This document shows positions 55,972 to 64,000 of a stretch of 64,000 nucleotides of DNA, piece by piece. Source of the DNA: Gemmatimonadaceae bacterium. GTDB lineage: Bacteria > Gemmatimonadota > Gemmatimonadetes > Gemmatimonadales > Gemmatimonadaceae. The DNA is taken from positions 1,145,192-1,209,191 of the forward strand of contig JAHBVT010000001.1 in NCBI GenBank assembly GCA_019637355.1. Direction: 5' to 3'. The notes below the pieces were generated by a model that was not told the origin of the DNA, searched no databases, and saw nothing but the letters and a program-made list of their open reading frames with translations. Made by a program: the position numbers and the translations under genes. How positions within the stretch are numbered: position 1 is the stretch's first letter; every line of letters begins with the position of its first letter.

Positions 55972-57018
55972 ATGGCCAACGCCGAGCTCTCCGATCGCGA
56001 ACGCCAGGTCCTCGAGGCCGTGATTCGCTCCTACGTGGAGACCGCCGAGCCGGCGGGCTCCCGTACGATCAGTCGGCGCTTCGGGCTGGGCGTGTCTCCG
56101 GCCACCATCCGCAATACGATGGCTGACCTGGAGGAGAAAGGCTTCCTCTTCCACCCGCACACCTCGGCGGGCCGCATCCCGACGGACAAGGCCTATCGCT
56201 TCTATGTAGATGGGCTGATGCACCTGGACCGCCCGCTGCCGCTGCAGGAGCGTGAGCGCCTGGCGGAGGAGATCGGCGAGCGGGGCTCGGCGATTGAGAC
56301 GATCCTCAGGCGCGCGGCCCAATCCCTGGGCGTGCTTACACAGGAACTCGGCGTCGCCCTCGGCCCGCGCCTCGACCAGACGGTGCTCACGAAGCTCGAG
56401 TTGGTGCGGATGAGCACGGAGCGCTTGATCTTGGTGCTGACGCTGCGGGGCGGGGCGGTGCGCACGATCTTCATCGAGATCGCCGGTGAGATCGCGGACA
56501 ACGCCATCGCCGAAGTGCAGCAGGTGCTCAACGAACGCCTCGCGGGCCACTCGCTCGCCGAGATCCGCGCCAGCCTCGCCGCGCGCTTGCGTGACGTCGT
56601 GGCGCCGGGCGGCGCGACGGAGTTGCTGAACATCTTCGTGCAGGAGGGCGAACAGCTCTTCGACGTCGCCGCGGCGGCGGACGAGGAGAGCGTGCTGCTC
56701 GGCCAGGCCTCAGTGCTCGCGGAGAAGCCGGAGTTCGCGAGTGGCGATCGGCTGCGGCAGCTGATCGCGCTCACGGAGACGCGCACGCAACTGGCGGGGC
56801 TGCTCCGCCAGCGCGCGGCGCAGCCGGGCGTGTCGATCACGATCGGTGACGAGCACGGCGTGGGGTTGCTCGGGGGACTCACGCTGGTGACGGCGGAGTA
56901 CCGGGCGGGGTCGCTGACGGGGGTGATTGGGGTGATTGGGCCGACGCGGATGCCTTATGAGAAGGTTATTGCTTTGGTGTCCCATACGTCTTCGTTGGTT
57001 ACGGATTTGCTTGCTTAG
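55972..57018 (+). CDS. hrcA: Heat-inducible transcription repressor HrcA
   Basis: Motifs SPATIRNTMADLEEKG, HPHTSAGRIPTDKAYRFYVD, IGVIGPTRMPY. Confidence 0.97.
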   Translation: MANAELSDRERQVLEAVIRSYVETAEPAGSRTISRRFGLGVSPATIRNTMADLEEKGFLFHPHTSAGRIPTDKAYRFYVDGLMHLDRPLPLQERERLAEEIGERGSAIETILRRAAQSLGVLTQELGVALGPRLDQTVLTKLELVRMSTERLILVLTLRGGAVRTIFIEIAGEIADNAIAEVQQVLNERLAGHSLAEIRASLAARLRDVVAPGGATELLNIFVQEGEQLFDVAAAADEESVLLGQASVLAEKPEFASGDRLRQLIALTETRTQLAGLLRQRAAQPGVSITIGDEHGVGLLGGLTLVTAEYRAGSLTGVIGVIGPTRMPYEKVIALVSHTSSLVTDLLA

Positions 57019-57126
57019 ATGGTGGGGGAGGGGAGATGGGAGGGGGGTGACGGCGGGGAGAGGGGAAAGGGGAGAGGGTTGGGAGAGGGGAGAGGGTTGG
57101 GAGAGGGGAGAGGGTTGGGAGAGGGT
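57019..57126. repeat. GA/CT element left (purine) arm flanking the four-helix-bundle gene
   Basis: gggagatgggaggggggtgacggcggggagagggg followed by three GGGAGAGGGTTGGGAGAG-type 18-mers. Confidence 0.88.
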
Positions 57127-57129
57127 TTC

Positions 57130-57585
57130 TTATATCCGCTTGAAGTCGCGGTTGGTGGTGCGGCGTTGGCTTTCGATCAAGCGCAGGAGCATTGCGCGCA
57201 CCTTCGACAGAAGGGATTGGCGGTGGGTGTGGTGCGCTTCGGGGATTACGTCGGCGGCGGCGATGTACCAGGTGATGGCCTCGCGGGCTGAGCCGAGGGC
57301 GTAGCTGAAGAATCGAATGCGATCGGCGCTGCCGGCGCGGCTGTAGCCCTCGGCGAGGTTGGCGCTCACGGAGCCGACGGCGCGCTCAAGTTGGTCGGCG
57401 ATGCCGCCGCGATATCGCGCGCGCAGGGCGCGTGCGTCCTCCTTCGCGCAGTGGAGGATGAAGAGCGCGGCACGGTACACGTGCAGCTTCCATAGGAGAT
57501 CCTGCCGCAAGGCCTCGGGGCAGGCGAGCTCCCACGCTTCCTGCGAGGGTGGCAGGTCGGTGTGGAACGAGGATTGCTTAGGCAT
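57130..57585 (-). CDS. Four helix bundle protein (23S rRNA IVP / bAvd-like superfamily)
   Basis: DQLERAVGSVSANLAEGYSR...RFFSYALGSARE motif. Confidence 0.9.
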   Translation of the reverse strand: MPKQSSFHTDLPPSQEAWELACPEALRQDLLWKLHVYRAALFILHCAKEDARALRARYRGGIADQLERAVGSVSANLAEGYSRAGSADRIRFFSYALGSAREAITWYIAAADVIPEAHHTHRQSLLSKVRAMLLRLIESQRRTTNRDFKRI

Positions 57586-57595
57586 AGCCGAGCAT

Positions 57596-57740
57596 ATCCC
57601 CTCTCCCCTCTCCCTGAATCATCTCCCCATCTCCCCCCTCACCACCATCTCCCCTCTCCCCAAATCATCTCCCCTCTCCCAACCATCTCCCCTCTCACAT
57701 CTCCCCGCCGCCACCCACCTCCCCACCTCCCGTCTCCCAC
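57596..57740. repeat. GA/CT element right (pyrimidine) arm flanking the four-helix-bundle gene
   Basis: Tandem CCATCTCCCCTCTCCC units ending catctccccgccgccacccacctccccacctcccgtctccc. Confidence 0.88.
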
Positions 57741-57755
57741 TAGTTTTACGCTCAA

Positions 57756-58889
57756 ATGGCCGATTACTACGCAACCCTCGGACTCCCCAAATCCGCCTCC
57801 GACGACGACATCAAGTCCGCGTATCGGAAACTGGCGACCAAGTTCCATCCCGACCGCAACGGGGGCTCCAAGGAAGCCGAGGAGCAGTTCAAGGCGATCA
57901 CCGAGGCCTACGACGTCCTGCGCGATCCGCAGAAGCGCGCGGCCTATGATCGCTACGGCGAGGCGGGCCTGCGAGGCGGGATGGGCGGCGCGGGGGGCTT
58001 CCACCACGTCGATCTGTCCGAAGCGCTGAACATCTTTATGCGCGACTTCGGGCTCGGCGACATCTTCGGCGGCGGGCAGGGTGGCCGGCAGTCGTCGGGG
58101 CCGCGCGCCGGCGCCGACGTGAAGGTGGATATGCAGCTGACGATACTCGAGGTGGCGACGGGCGTCACGAAGACGATCAAGCTGAAGCTGCTGGACCCCT
58201 GCACGCGCTGCACGGGCTCGGGCGCGGAGCCGGGGACGTCACCGTCGCGCTGCACGACCTGCAATGGCCAAGGCGAAGTGCGCCGCGCGCAGCAGAGCTT
58301 CTTCGGGCAGTTCGTGTCGGTGGCGCCGTGCCCCACCTGCCGCGGCGAGGGAGTGATGATCGCCTCGCCCTGCAAGGAGTGCCGCGGCGAAGGTCGCGAG
58401 CGCGGCGAGCACACGATCGACCTCAAGGTCCCAGCCGGTGTGGCGACGGGCCAGTATATGCACCTGCGCGGCGTCGGTAACGCCGGCGTGCGTGGCGGTC
58501 CGCGCGGGGATGTCATCGTGGTGTTCGAAGTGCTCGAGGACGATCGCTTCGAGCGCGACGGCGAGGACCTCTACTGCGAAGTCTTGGTCACGTACCCGCA
58601 GGCCGTCCTTGGCGCCGACCTCGACGTGCCCGGCGTGACCGGTCCGCTCACGCTGCGGATGCCCGAAGGCACGCAGAGCGGCGAAGTCTTCGTGCTCCGC
58701 GGCCGCGGCCTCCCGCGCGTGAACGCCAGCGGCGCCGGCGACCTGCACGTGCGCGTGCAGGTGTGGACGCCGGCGAAGCTCTCGAAGGAGGAGACGAAGC
58801 TGATCGAGCAGCTGCACGAGGTGCAGGCGCGACCGCCGGAGAAGCGCGAGAAAGGCTTTTGGGCGAAGATGAAGGAAGCCTTAGGGTGA
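57756..58889 (+). CDS. dnaJ: Chaperone DnaJ
   Basis: HPD motif and four CxxCxGxG zinc repeats. Confidence 0.98.
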   Translation: MADYYATLGLPKSASDDDIKSAYRKLATKFHPDRNGGSKEAEEQFKAITEAYDVLRDPQKRAAYDRYGEAGLRGGMGGAGGFHHVDLSEALNIFMRDFGLGDIFGGGQGGRQSSGPRAGADVKVDMQLTILEVATGVTKTIKLKLLDPCTRCTGSGAEPGTSPSRCTTCNGQGEVRRAQQSFFGQFVSVAPCPTCRGEGVMIASPCKECRGEGRERGEHTIDLKVPAGVATGQYMHLRGVGNAGVRGGPRGDVIVVFEVLEDDRFERDGEDLYCEVLVTYPQAVLGADLDVPGVTGPLTLRMPEGTQSGEVFVLRGRGLPRVNASGAGDLHVRVQVWTPAKLSKEETKLIEQLHEVQARPPEKREKGFWAKMKEALG

Positions 58890-58896
58890 TGCTGCG

Positions 58897-59105
58897 AGAC
58901 GGGAGGCGGGAGGTGGGTTAGGACGGGGAGATGGCAGGAGAGACACGACGGGAGAGACGGAACACGGCTCCATCTCTCCACCCTCTCCCAACCCTCTCCC
59001 CTCTCCCAACCATCTCCCCTCTCTCAACCATCTCCCCTCTCTCAACCATCGTCCTTCTCCCCATCTCCCTCCCGTCACCCTCCTCTCCACCTCCCACCTC
59101 CCAGC
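58897..59105. repeat. GA/CT long palindromic element
   Basis: Purine arm gagacgggaggcgggaggtgggttaggacggggagatgg; tandem 18-mers ctctcccaaccatctccc; ccgtcaccc. Confidence 0.85.
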
Positions 59106-59107
59106 CA

Positions 59108-59944
59108 GTGACGAAGAGCTGGACCCGCGTTTCACTCCATCCCTCTTCAACGGGGAAGAAGCCAGACGTCTCCGCCGCAATGTTCCAAGCCGGCGCCGAG
59201 GGCCTGCACGAGCTCGACGACGCGCTCGTGACGCATCTGCCCGCGTCCACCGACGCAGACGCGTTCGTCCGCGCGGTGAAGGCAGCAGATCCGGCGTTGC
59301 GCGCGGAGATCAGCCCGCTCGAGGACACCGACTGGGCCGAGAAGTGGAAGGAGCGCATCACGTCGCATCAGCTTGGCGCATTGATGGTGACGCCGCCGTG
59401 GTTGGCCGCGGGGTGCGATCCGGCGACGACGATCGTCATCGAGCCGGCGATGGCCTTCGGCACGGGCGAGCATCCGACGACGCGCGGCGTCGTGCGCTTG
59501 ATGCAGGGCGTGATCCGCACCGGTGATGCGGTGGCGGACCTCGGCTCGGGGTCGGCGGTGTTGGCGATCGCGGCGGCCAAGCTGGGTGCGGCGCGCGTGT
59601 ATGCGATCGAGATCGATCCCGACGCCACGGGGAACGCCGAGGAGAACATCGCGCGCAATGGCGTCGGCGATCGCGTGGCGGCGCTCGAAGGCGACGCGTC
59701 GCTGTTCCTGCCGCTGGTGGCGCCGGTGCGCGTGATCCTCGCGAACATCATCTCGTCGGTGCTCGTGGACCTGCTGCCGCTGATGGCGATGACCTTGGCG
59801 GACGACGGCGTGATCATCCTCTCGGGCATCCTGCGCGAGGAGCGTGAACGGATGGTCACGGCGCTGCGCGATGGCGGCTGGCGCTTGGACGCCGAGGACG
59901 CCGAAGACCAGTGGTGGAGCGTGCGATGCACGAAGGCCGCGTGA
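59108..59944 (+). CDS. prmA: Ribosomal protein L11 methyltransferase
   Basis: Motifs DWAEKWK, IEPAMAFGTGEHPTT, DLGSGSAVL, ANI, LSGI. Confidence 0.93.
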   Translation: MTKSWTRVSLHPSSTGKKPDVSAAMFQAGAEGLHELDDALVTHLPASTDADAFVRAVKAADPALRAEISPLEDTDWAEKWKERITSHQLGALMVTPPWLAAGCDPATTIVIEPAMAFGTGEHPTTRGVVRLMQGVIRTGDAVADLGSGSAVLAIAAAKLGAARVYAIEIDPDATGNAEENIARNGVGDRVAALEGDASLFLPLVAPVRVILANIISSVLVDLLPLMAMTLADDGVIILSGILREERERMVTALRDGGWRLDAEDAEDQWWSVRCTKAA

Positions 59945-60031
59945 GTGGGCTGACCTCTTCCGTCACGGCCGCGTGAGTGTGCTGACCATTTCCGTCACGG
60001 CCGCGTGAGCCTGCCGACCTTCTTCGCCGAC
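59935..60031. repeat. 32-bp tandem triplication of the prmA-stop / rsmE-start junction
   Basis: ggccgcgtgagtgggctgacctcttccgtcac / ggccgcgtgagtgtgctgaccatttccgtcac / ggccgcgtgagcctgccgaccttcttcgccgac. Confidence 0.85.
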
Positions 60032-60769
60032 GAGGCCTTCGCCGCGCCGTCGCAGGTGACGCTCGGCGAAGACGCGGCGCACCATATGCGCGTGCGGCGC
60101 CTGGAGATCGGCGCGCGCGTGCGGCTGCTCGACGGGCAGGGCACGCGCGGCGAAGGCGTGCTCACGCAGTTGGCGAAGCGCCACGCGACGGTGGCGGTGG
60201 AAGCAGCCGCGTATAGCGAGCCGCCGGCGCCGGTGCACCTGCTGTTGCCGGTGGCGGACAAAGATCGGATGCTGTGGCTCGCGGAGAAAGCCACGGAACT
60301 CGGCGTCGCGAGTTGGCGGCCGGTGCTCTACCGGCGCTCCAAGCACGTGAATCCGCGCGGCGAGGGGCCGGTGTTCCAGCAGAAGCTGCGTGCGCGGATG
60401 ATCAGCGCATTAGAGCAGTCCGGTGGCAGTTGGTTGCCGACGATGTATCCCGACGCATCGGTGGAGCACGCGATCAGTGCTGCGCCTCAGGGCATTGCGC
60501 TGGTGCTCGACGCAGGGGCGCCGTCGGTGTGGGAGGTGCTCCGCGGTGCCGGAGGTGGGAGCGTCGGCTCGGGCACCGCGGCGGCAGCGGCGCCCGCGCA
60601 GGGTGGCATCAGCGTCGCGGTCGGGCCGGAAGGCGGCTTCGAACCTGCCGAGCGCGCCGCGCTCGAGGCGGCGGGCTTCCGGCCGGCCGCCCTCGGGCCG
60701 AACGTGCTGCGCTTCGAGACGGCGGCGGTGGCGGCCATCGCCGTCGCGCGCGCCGCGCTACCTTTCTGA
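60005..60769 (+). CDS. rsmE: 16S rRNA m3U1498 methyltransferase RsmE
   Basis: Motifs HHMRVRRL, EKATELGV, ALEQSG, VGPEGGF, LGPNVLRFETA. Confidence 0.95.
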   Translation: MSLPTFFADEAFAAPSQVTLGEDAAHHMRVRRLEIGARVRLLDGQGTRGEGVLTQLAKRHATVAVEAAAYSEPPAPVHLLLPVADKDRMLWLAEKATELGVASWRPVLYRRSKHVNPRGEGPVFQQKLRARMISALEQSGGSWLPTMYPDASVEHAISAAPQGIALVLDAGAPSVWEVLRGAGGGSVGSGTAAAAAPAQGGISVAVGPEGGFEPAERAALEAAGFRPAALGPNVLRFETAAVAAIAVARAALPF

Positions 60770-60808
60770 GCCGCGCCCTGCGGCCGACACCAACTTCATC
60801 GGGTCCGT

Positions 60809-61150
60809 ATGAGCACCGAGTGCCTCTTCTGTCAGATCGTGAAGAAAGAAATCGAGGCGACCATCGTCGCCGAGACTGAGCACGCGCTCGCGTTTCACGA
60901 CATCGCGCCGCAGGCGCCAGTGCACGTGCTGGTCGTTCCGAAGAAGCACTACAGCTCGATGAACGAGATGCCCGACGGCTCGGTGCTCGGCGCCGTGGCC
61001 TCGTTGGCCAAGCAGGTGGCGAAGGACCTCGGCATCGCCGAGGGCGGCTATCGCGCGGTGGTGAACACCGGGGAGCAGGGTGGGCAGACCGTGCCCCACC
61101 TCCATATGCACCTCCTCGGCGGGCGCGCGATGAAGTGGCCGCCGGGGTGA
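60809..61150 (+). CDS. Histidine triad (HIT/Hint) nucleotide-binding protein
   Basis: Motifs CLFCQI, PQAPVHVLVVPK, QTVPHLHMHLLGG. Confidence 0.95.
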   Translation: MSTECLFCQIVKKEIEATIVAETEHALAFHDIAPQAPVHVLVVPKKHYSSMNEMPDGSVLGAVASLAKQVAKDLGIAEGGYRAVVNTGEQGGQTVPHLHMHLLGGRAMKWPPG

Positions 61151-62271
61151 GGGTCGCGCTCGTCCACGAGTGGCTCCTCACGCACGGCGGCTCGGAGGAG
61201 ATCACCGGCCAGCTCTGCCAGCTGTTCCCGGACGCGGACCTCTACACGCTGATTGCCGACCCTGTCCCGTCGCTGCGCGCCCTGATCGGCAATCGCCGCA
61301 TCCGCACCTCCTGGCTGCAGCGCATTCCCGGCGCCACGCGCCATCATCGTCGCCTCCTGCCGTTGATGCCGCGGGCGATCGAGTCGTTCGACTTCAGCGA
61401 CTACGACCTCGTCATCAGCGTCAGCCACGCCGTGGCGAAGGGCGCACGCACGTCGGGGAGGACCGAGCACCTGAACATCTGTTGTTCGCCGATCCGCTAC
61501 GCTTGGGATCTCGAGGAGCAGTATCTCGAAGAGGCCGGACTCTCGCGCGGCCTCAAGGGCGTCGCCGCCCGCGCGCTGCTCGCGCGCATCCGCGCCTGGG
61601 ACCGTCGCAGCGCTGACCGTCCGACGCGCGTGCTGGCAATCTCGCGCTTCATCGCCGAGCGGGTGCATCGCGTGTGGGGCCGCGACAGCGAGGTGCTGTA
61701 TCCGCCGGTGGAGACGGAGTACTTCGGTCAGCCCACCGGCGTGGCACGCGAGCACGACCTCTACGTGACGGCCTCGCGCTTCGTCCCCTACAAGCGCATC
61801 CCGCTGATCGTCGAAGCCTTCGCCCAGATGCCGACGCGGCGCCTCGTCGTCATCGGCGACGGCCCCGAGATGCCCAAGGCCCGCGCCGCCGCGACACCGA
61901 ACGTGACGTTCCAGGGCCGCGTCCCGCGCGCCGAGCTGCGCGAGTGGCTGCAGCGTGCCCGCGGCTTCGTCTTCGCCGCCGAGGAGGATTTCGGCATCGC
62001 CCCGGTCGAGGCGATGGCCGCCGGCACCCCGGTGGTCGCGTACGGCCGCGGCGGCGCCCGCGAGACCGTGGTCGGAGAGGGAGAAGCCCGGACGGGCGTG
62101 TTCTTTGAGGCCCAGTCCGTTGAGGCGATCGTGGACGCGGTGCGGCGGCTTGAGGAGGCTGGCGTGCGCTCGACTGACTGCGTGGCGCGGGCGGAGCTGT
62201 TTTCGGTGGCTGAGTTTAGGCGGAGAGTGGTTGGCCTCACGAGTGGGAGAGGGGAGGCGGTAGGGGGGTGA
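61147..62271 (+). CDS. Glycosyltransferase family 4
   Basis: Motifs VALVHEWL..HGGSE, SRFVPYKR, EEDFGIAPVEAMAAG. Confidence 0.92.
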   Translation: MRVALVHEWLLTHGGSEEITGQLCQLFPDADLYTLIADPVPSLRALIGNRRIRTSWLQRIPGATRHHRRLLPLMPRAIESFDFSDYDLVISVSHAVAKGARTSGRTEHLNICCSPIRYAWDLEEQYLEEAGLSRGLKGVAARALLARIRAWDRRSADRPTRVLAISRFIAERVHRVWGRDSEVLYPPVETEYFGQPTGVAREHDLYVTASRFVPYKRIPLIVEAFAQMPTRRLVVIGDGPEMPKARAAATPNVTFQGRVPRAELREWLQRARGFVFAAEEDFGIAPVEAMAAGTPVVAYGRGGARETVVGEGEARTGVFFEAQSVEAIVDAVRRLEEAGVRSTDCVARAELFSVAEFRRRVVGLTSGRGEAVGG

Positions 62272-62472
62272 GGGCGGGGAGGCAGGCGGGGGCAGAGGGC
62301 TGAGAGACGGGACACGGCGGGAGAAGGCCCCCTCTCCCAGACCATCGCCCGTCTCCCAACCCTCTCCCGTCTCCCAACCCTCTCCCGTCTCCCAACCCTC
62401 TCCCGTCTCCCAACCCTCTTCCGTCTCCCATCTCCCCGCCGTCACCCCCCTCCCCCTCTCCCCCCTCCCAGC
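62245..62472. repeat. GA/CT long palindromic element with four tandem 18-mers (CCGTCTCCCAACCCTCTC)
   Basis: Purine arm overlaps the GT4 stop; right arm ends ccccgccgtcacccccctccccctctccc. Confidence 0.88.
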
Positions 62473-62554
62473 TTGCCCAAACCCAAACCCCACCTTAACT
62501 TACACGGCTACCATCTTCGGGCGCTAATCACGCCACTCAAGGGGGGAAATCAGT

Positions 62555-62743
62555 TTGTCGGAAATCGTCATCCACGAAGACGAGAACTTCGAGCGCGCGC
62601 TGAAGCGCTTCAAGAAGAAGTGCGAGAAGGCCGGGATCCTCGCGGACCTGCGCAAGCATCGTCACTATGAGAAGCCGAGCGAGAAGCGGAAGCGGAAGCT
62701 CAACGCCGCGCAGCGCAAGAACCGTCGCACCCGCACGCACTGA
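62555..62743 (+). CDS. rpsU: 30S ribosomal protein S21
   Basis: [37 protein letters not shown]. Confidence 0.97.
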   Translation: MSEIVIHEDENFERALKRFKKKCEKAGILADLRKHRHYEKPSEKRKRKLNAAQRKNRRTRTH

Positions 62744-63186
62744 TGTCGGAGTTGGCGACGCGGCTGCAGGGCGAGCTGAACGTCGCCCGAAAGGCACAGG
62801 ATAAAGATCGCGTCCTGCTGCTGGGCACCGTGTTGTCCGACATCCGCAATCACGAGATCGCGATCAAGCGCGCACCCACCGATGACGATGTCATCGACGT
62901 GCTCCGCAAGGCGATCAAGCGACGGCGGGAATCGGTGGAGATGTACGAGACTGGTGGCCGTCCGGAACTTGCGGCGGCCGAGCGGCGGGAGGCGGAGGCC
63001 CTTGAGGTCTACCTCCCCGCCGCCCCCTCGGACGATGAGATCCGCGCTGCCGTGCGCGCCGCCATCGCCGCCGGCGCCAAGCAGATGGGCGCCGTGATGG
63101 GCAAGGTGATGCCCGCTTACAAAGGCCGGGTGGACGGCAACGTCCTCAACCGGATCGTGCGCGAGGAGCTCGGGACGTCCCCGTGA
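62743..63186 (+). CDS. GatB/YqeY domain protein
   Basis: Motifs KAIKRRRESVEMY, EAEALEVYLP, MGAVMGKVM, GRVDG. Confidence 0.93.
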   Translation: MSELATRLQGELNVARKAQDKDRVLLLGTVLSDIRNHEIAIKRAPTDDDVIDVLRKAIKRRRESVEMYETGGRPELAAAERREAEALEVYLPAAPSDDEIRAAVRAAIAAGAKQMGAVMGKVMPAYKGRVDGNVLNRIVREELGTSP

Positions 63187-64000
63187 CGGTCCAGGCCCAC
63201 GTGCTCGACGTCCTCGAATTCGCGCGACTGCTCGACTACGTCGCGGGGCACGCGTCCACTACGCCGGGCGCAGCACGCATTCGCGCGCTGCGCCCGACGC
63301 GCGTCGGGGGCACACACGTGGACCGCACCGAGGCCCTGGCTGCGCTGCACGCCGAGCACGCCCGTGTGGCGGCGATGCGCGCGCTCTGCGAGGCCGAGCA
63401 GCCGTTCCGGCCCGAAGCCATCCCTGAACTCGAAGCCGCCTTCGCGCGCCTGCGGGTCGCCGGTGCGAGTTGGAACGGCAGCGAACTGCGCGGCGGGTGC
63501 ACGTTGCTGCGCAGCGCCCGCCTCACGCAGCAGGCCCTGCGCGACGAGGCCTCCCCGCCGGCCGCGCGTGCGCCGCTGGCCGCGCTGGCCGATCGTCTGA
63601 TCGCGCTGCCGCAGGTGGAGCAGCAGCTGGACCGCGTCCTCACCGACGAGGGCGAGCTCAAGGACGACGCCTCGCCGGCGCTGCGCCGCATCCGCCGCGA
63701 GCTGCGCGCCTCCGAGGGCGAGATCGTGCGCCTGCTCGAACGCCTGATGGCCAAGCTGGAGCCGCATCACCGCGTGGACGACGCCTCGGTGACGCTGCGC
63801 AACGGGCGCTGGGTGATTCCGGTGCGCCGCGAAGGCCGCGTCGTCGTCGGCGGCATCGTGCACGACAGCTCGCAGTCGGGGCAGACGGTGTTCGTCGAGC
63901 CGCCGGCGGCGGTCGAGGCAGGGAATCGTATCCGCGAGCTCGAAGGCGAAGAGCGCAGCGAGTGCGAGCGCATCTTCGCCGAACTCACGGAACTGCTGCG
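63183..64000 (+). CDS. mutS2: Endonuclease MutS2, 5' part (truncated by the window end)
   Basis: GTG at 63183 opens VLDVLEFARLL...GELKDDASPALRRIR...VTLRNGRWVIPV...GIVHDSSQSGQTVFVEP; not listed in the ORF track because it has no stop in the window. Confidence 0.92.
   Translation, partial: MTVQAHVLDVLEFARLLDYVAGHASTTPGAARIRALRPTRVGGTHVDRTEALAALHAEHARVAAMRALCEAEQPFRPEAIPELEAAFARLRVAGASWNGSELRGGCTLLRSARLTQQALRDEASPPAARAPLAALADRLIALPQVEQQLDRVLTDEGELKDDASPALRRIRRELRASEGEIVRLLERLMAKLEPHHRVDDASVTLRNGRWVIPVRREGRVVVGGIVHDSSQSGQTVFVEPPAAVEAGNRIRELEGEERSECERIFAELTELL

Noticed and set aside
57130-57585. Diversity-generating retroelement (Avd-like gene) or 23S rRNA intervening sequence
   Set aside because: There is no reverse transcriptase, no template/variable repeat pair with adenine-specific mismatches, and no rRNA sequence in the window.
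58931-59107. Pro/Ser-rich N-terminal extensions predicted for PrmA, the kinase (to 5023), the barrel (to 46431) and EamA (from 47770)
   Set aside because: They are read-through of repeat arms. Conserved domains and plausible starts begin downstream, and nothing indicates these extensions are translated.

Overview
A GC-rich bacterial chromosome segment; the gene style and synteny suggest Gemmatimonadota, which is inference only. From left to right: (1) the end of a probable recA, an inserted fused RHH-antitoxin-nucleotidyltransferase gene, recX, a hybrid PAS histidine kinase and alaS. (2) A toxin-antitoxin cluster at 8.8-12.8 kb: a NYN RNase preceded by a promoter, small RNA and terminator, an orphan higA, a hipBA-like pair and a relE/higBA-like pair, separated by REP-like palindromes. 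(3) gmhA, an SDR, and a large surface-polysaccharide region at 14.6-42.3 kb. Its 14.6-28.5 kb part has atypical composition, and it also holds an MNT-HEPN pair and a deleted mobile-mystery A/B remnant. (4) Two tRNAs and an operon of an outer-membrane barrel plus two paralogous secreted Ala/Gly-rich proteins. (5) Housekeeping genes: heptose kinase, cca, obgE, dprA, hemW, hrcA, dnaJ, prmA, rsmE, rpsU, mutS2. The strongest unexplained signal is a dispersed family of long purine/pyrimidine palindromes at about 11 loci. One copy carries a four-helix-bundle gene in its loop, four copies supply the last codons and stop of unrelated genes, and one arm sits in-frame inside a glycosyltransferase. No CRISPR array, rRNA, integrase, transposase or reverse transcriptase was seen. 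All family assignments come from motif recognition by eye, not database searches.
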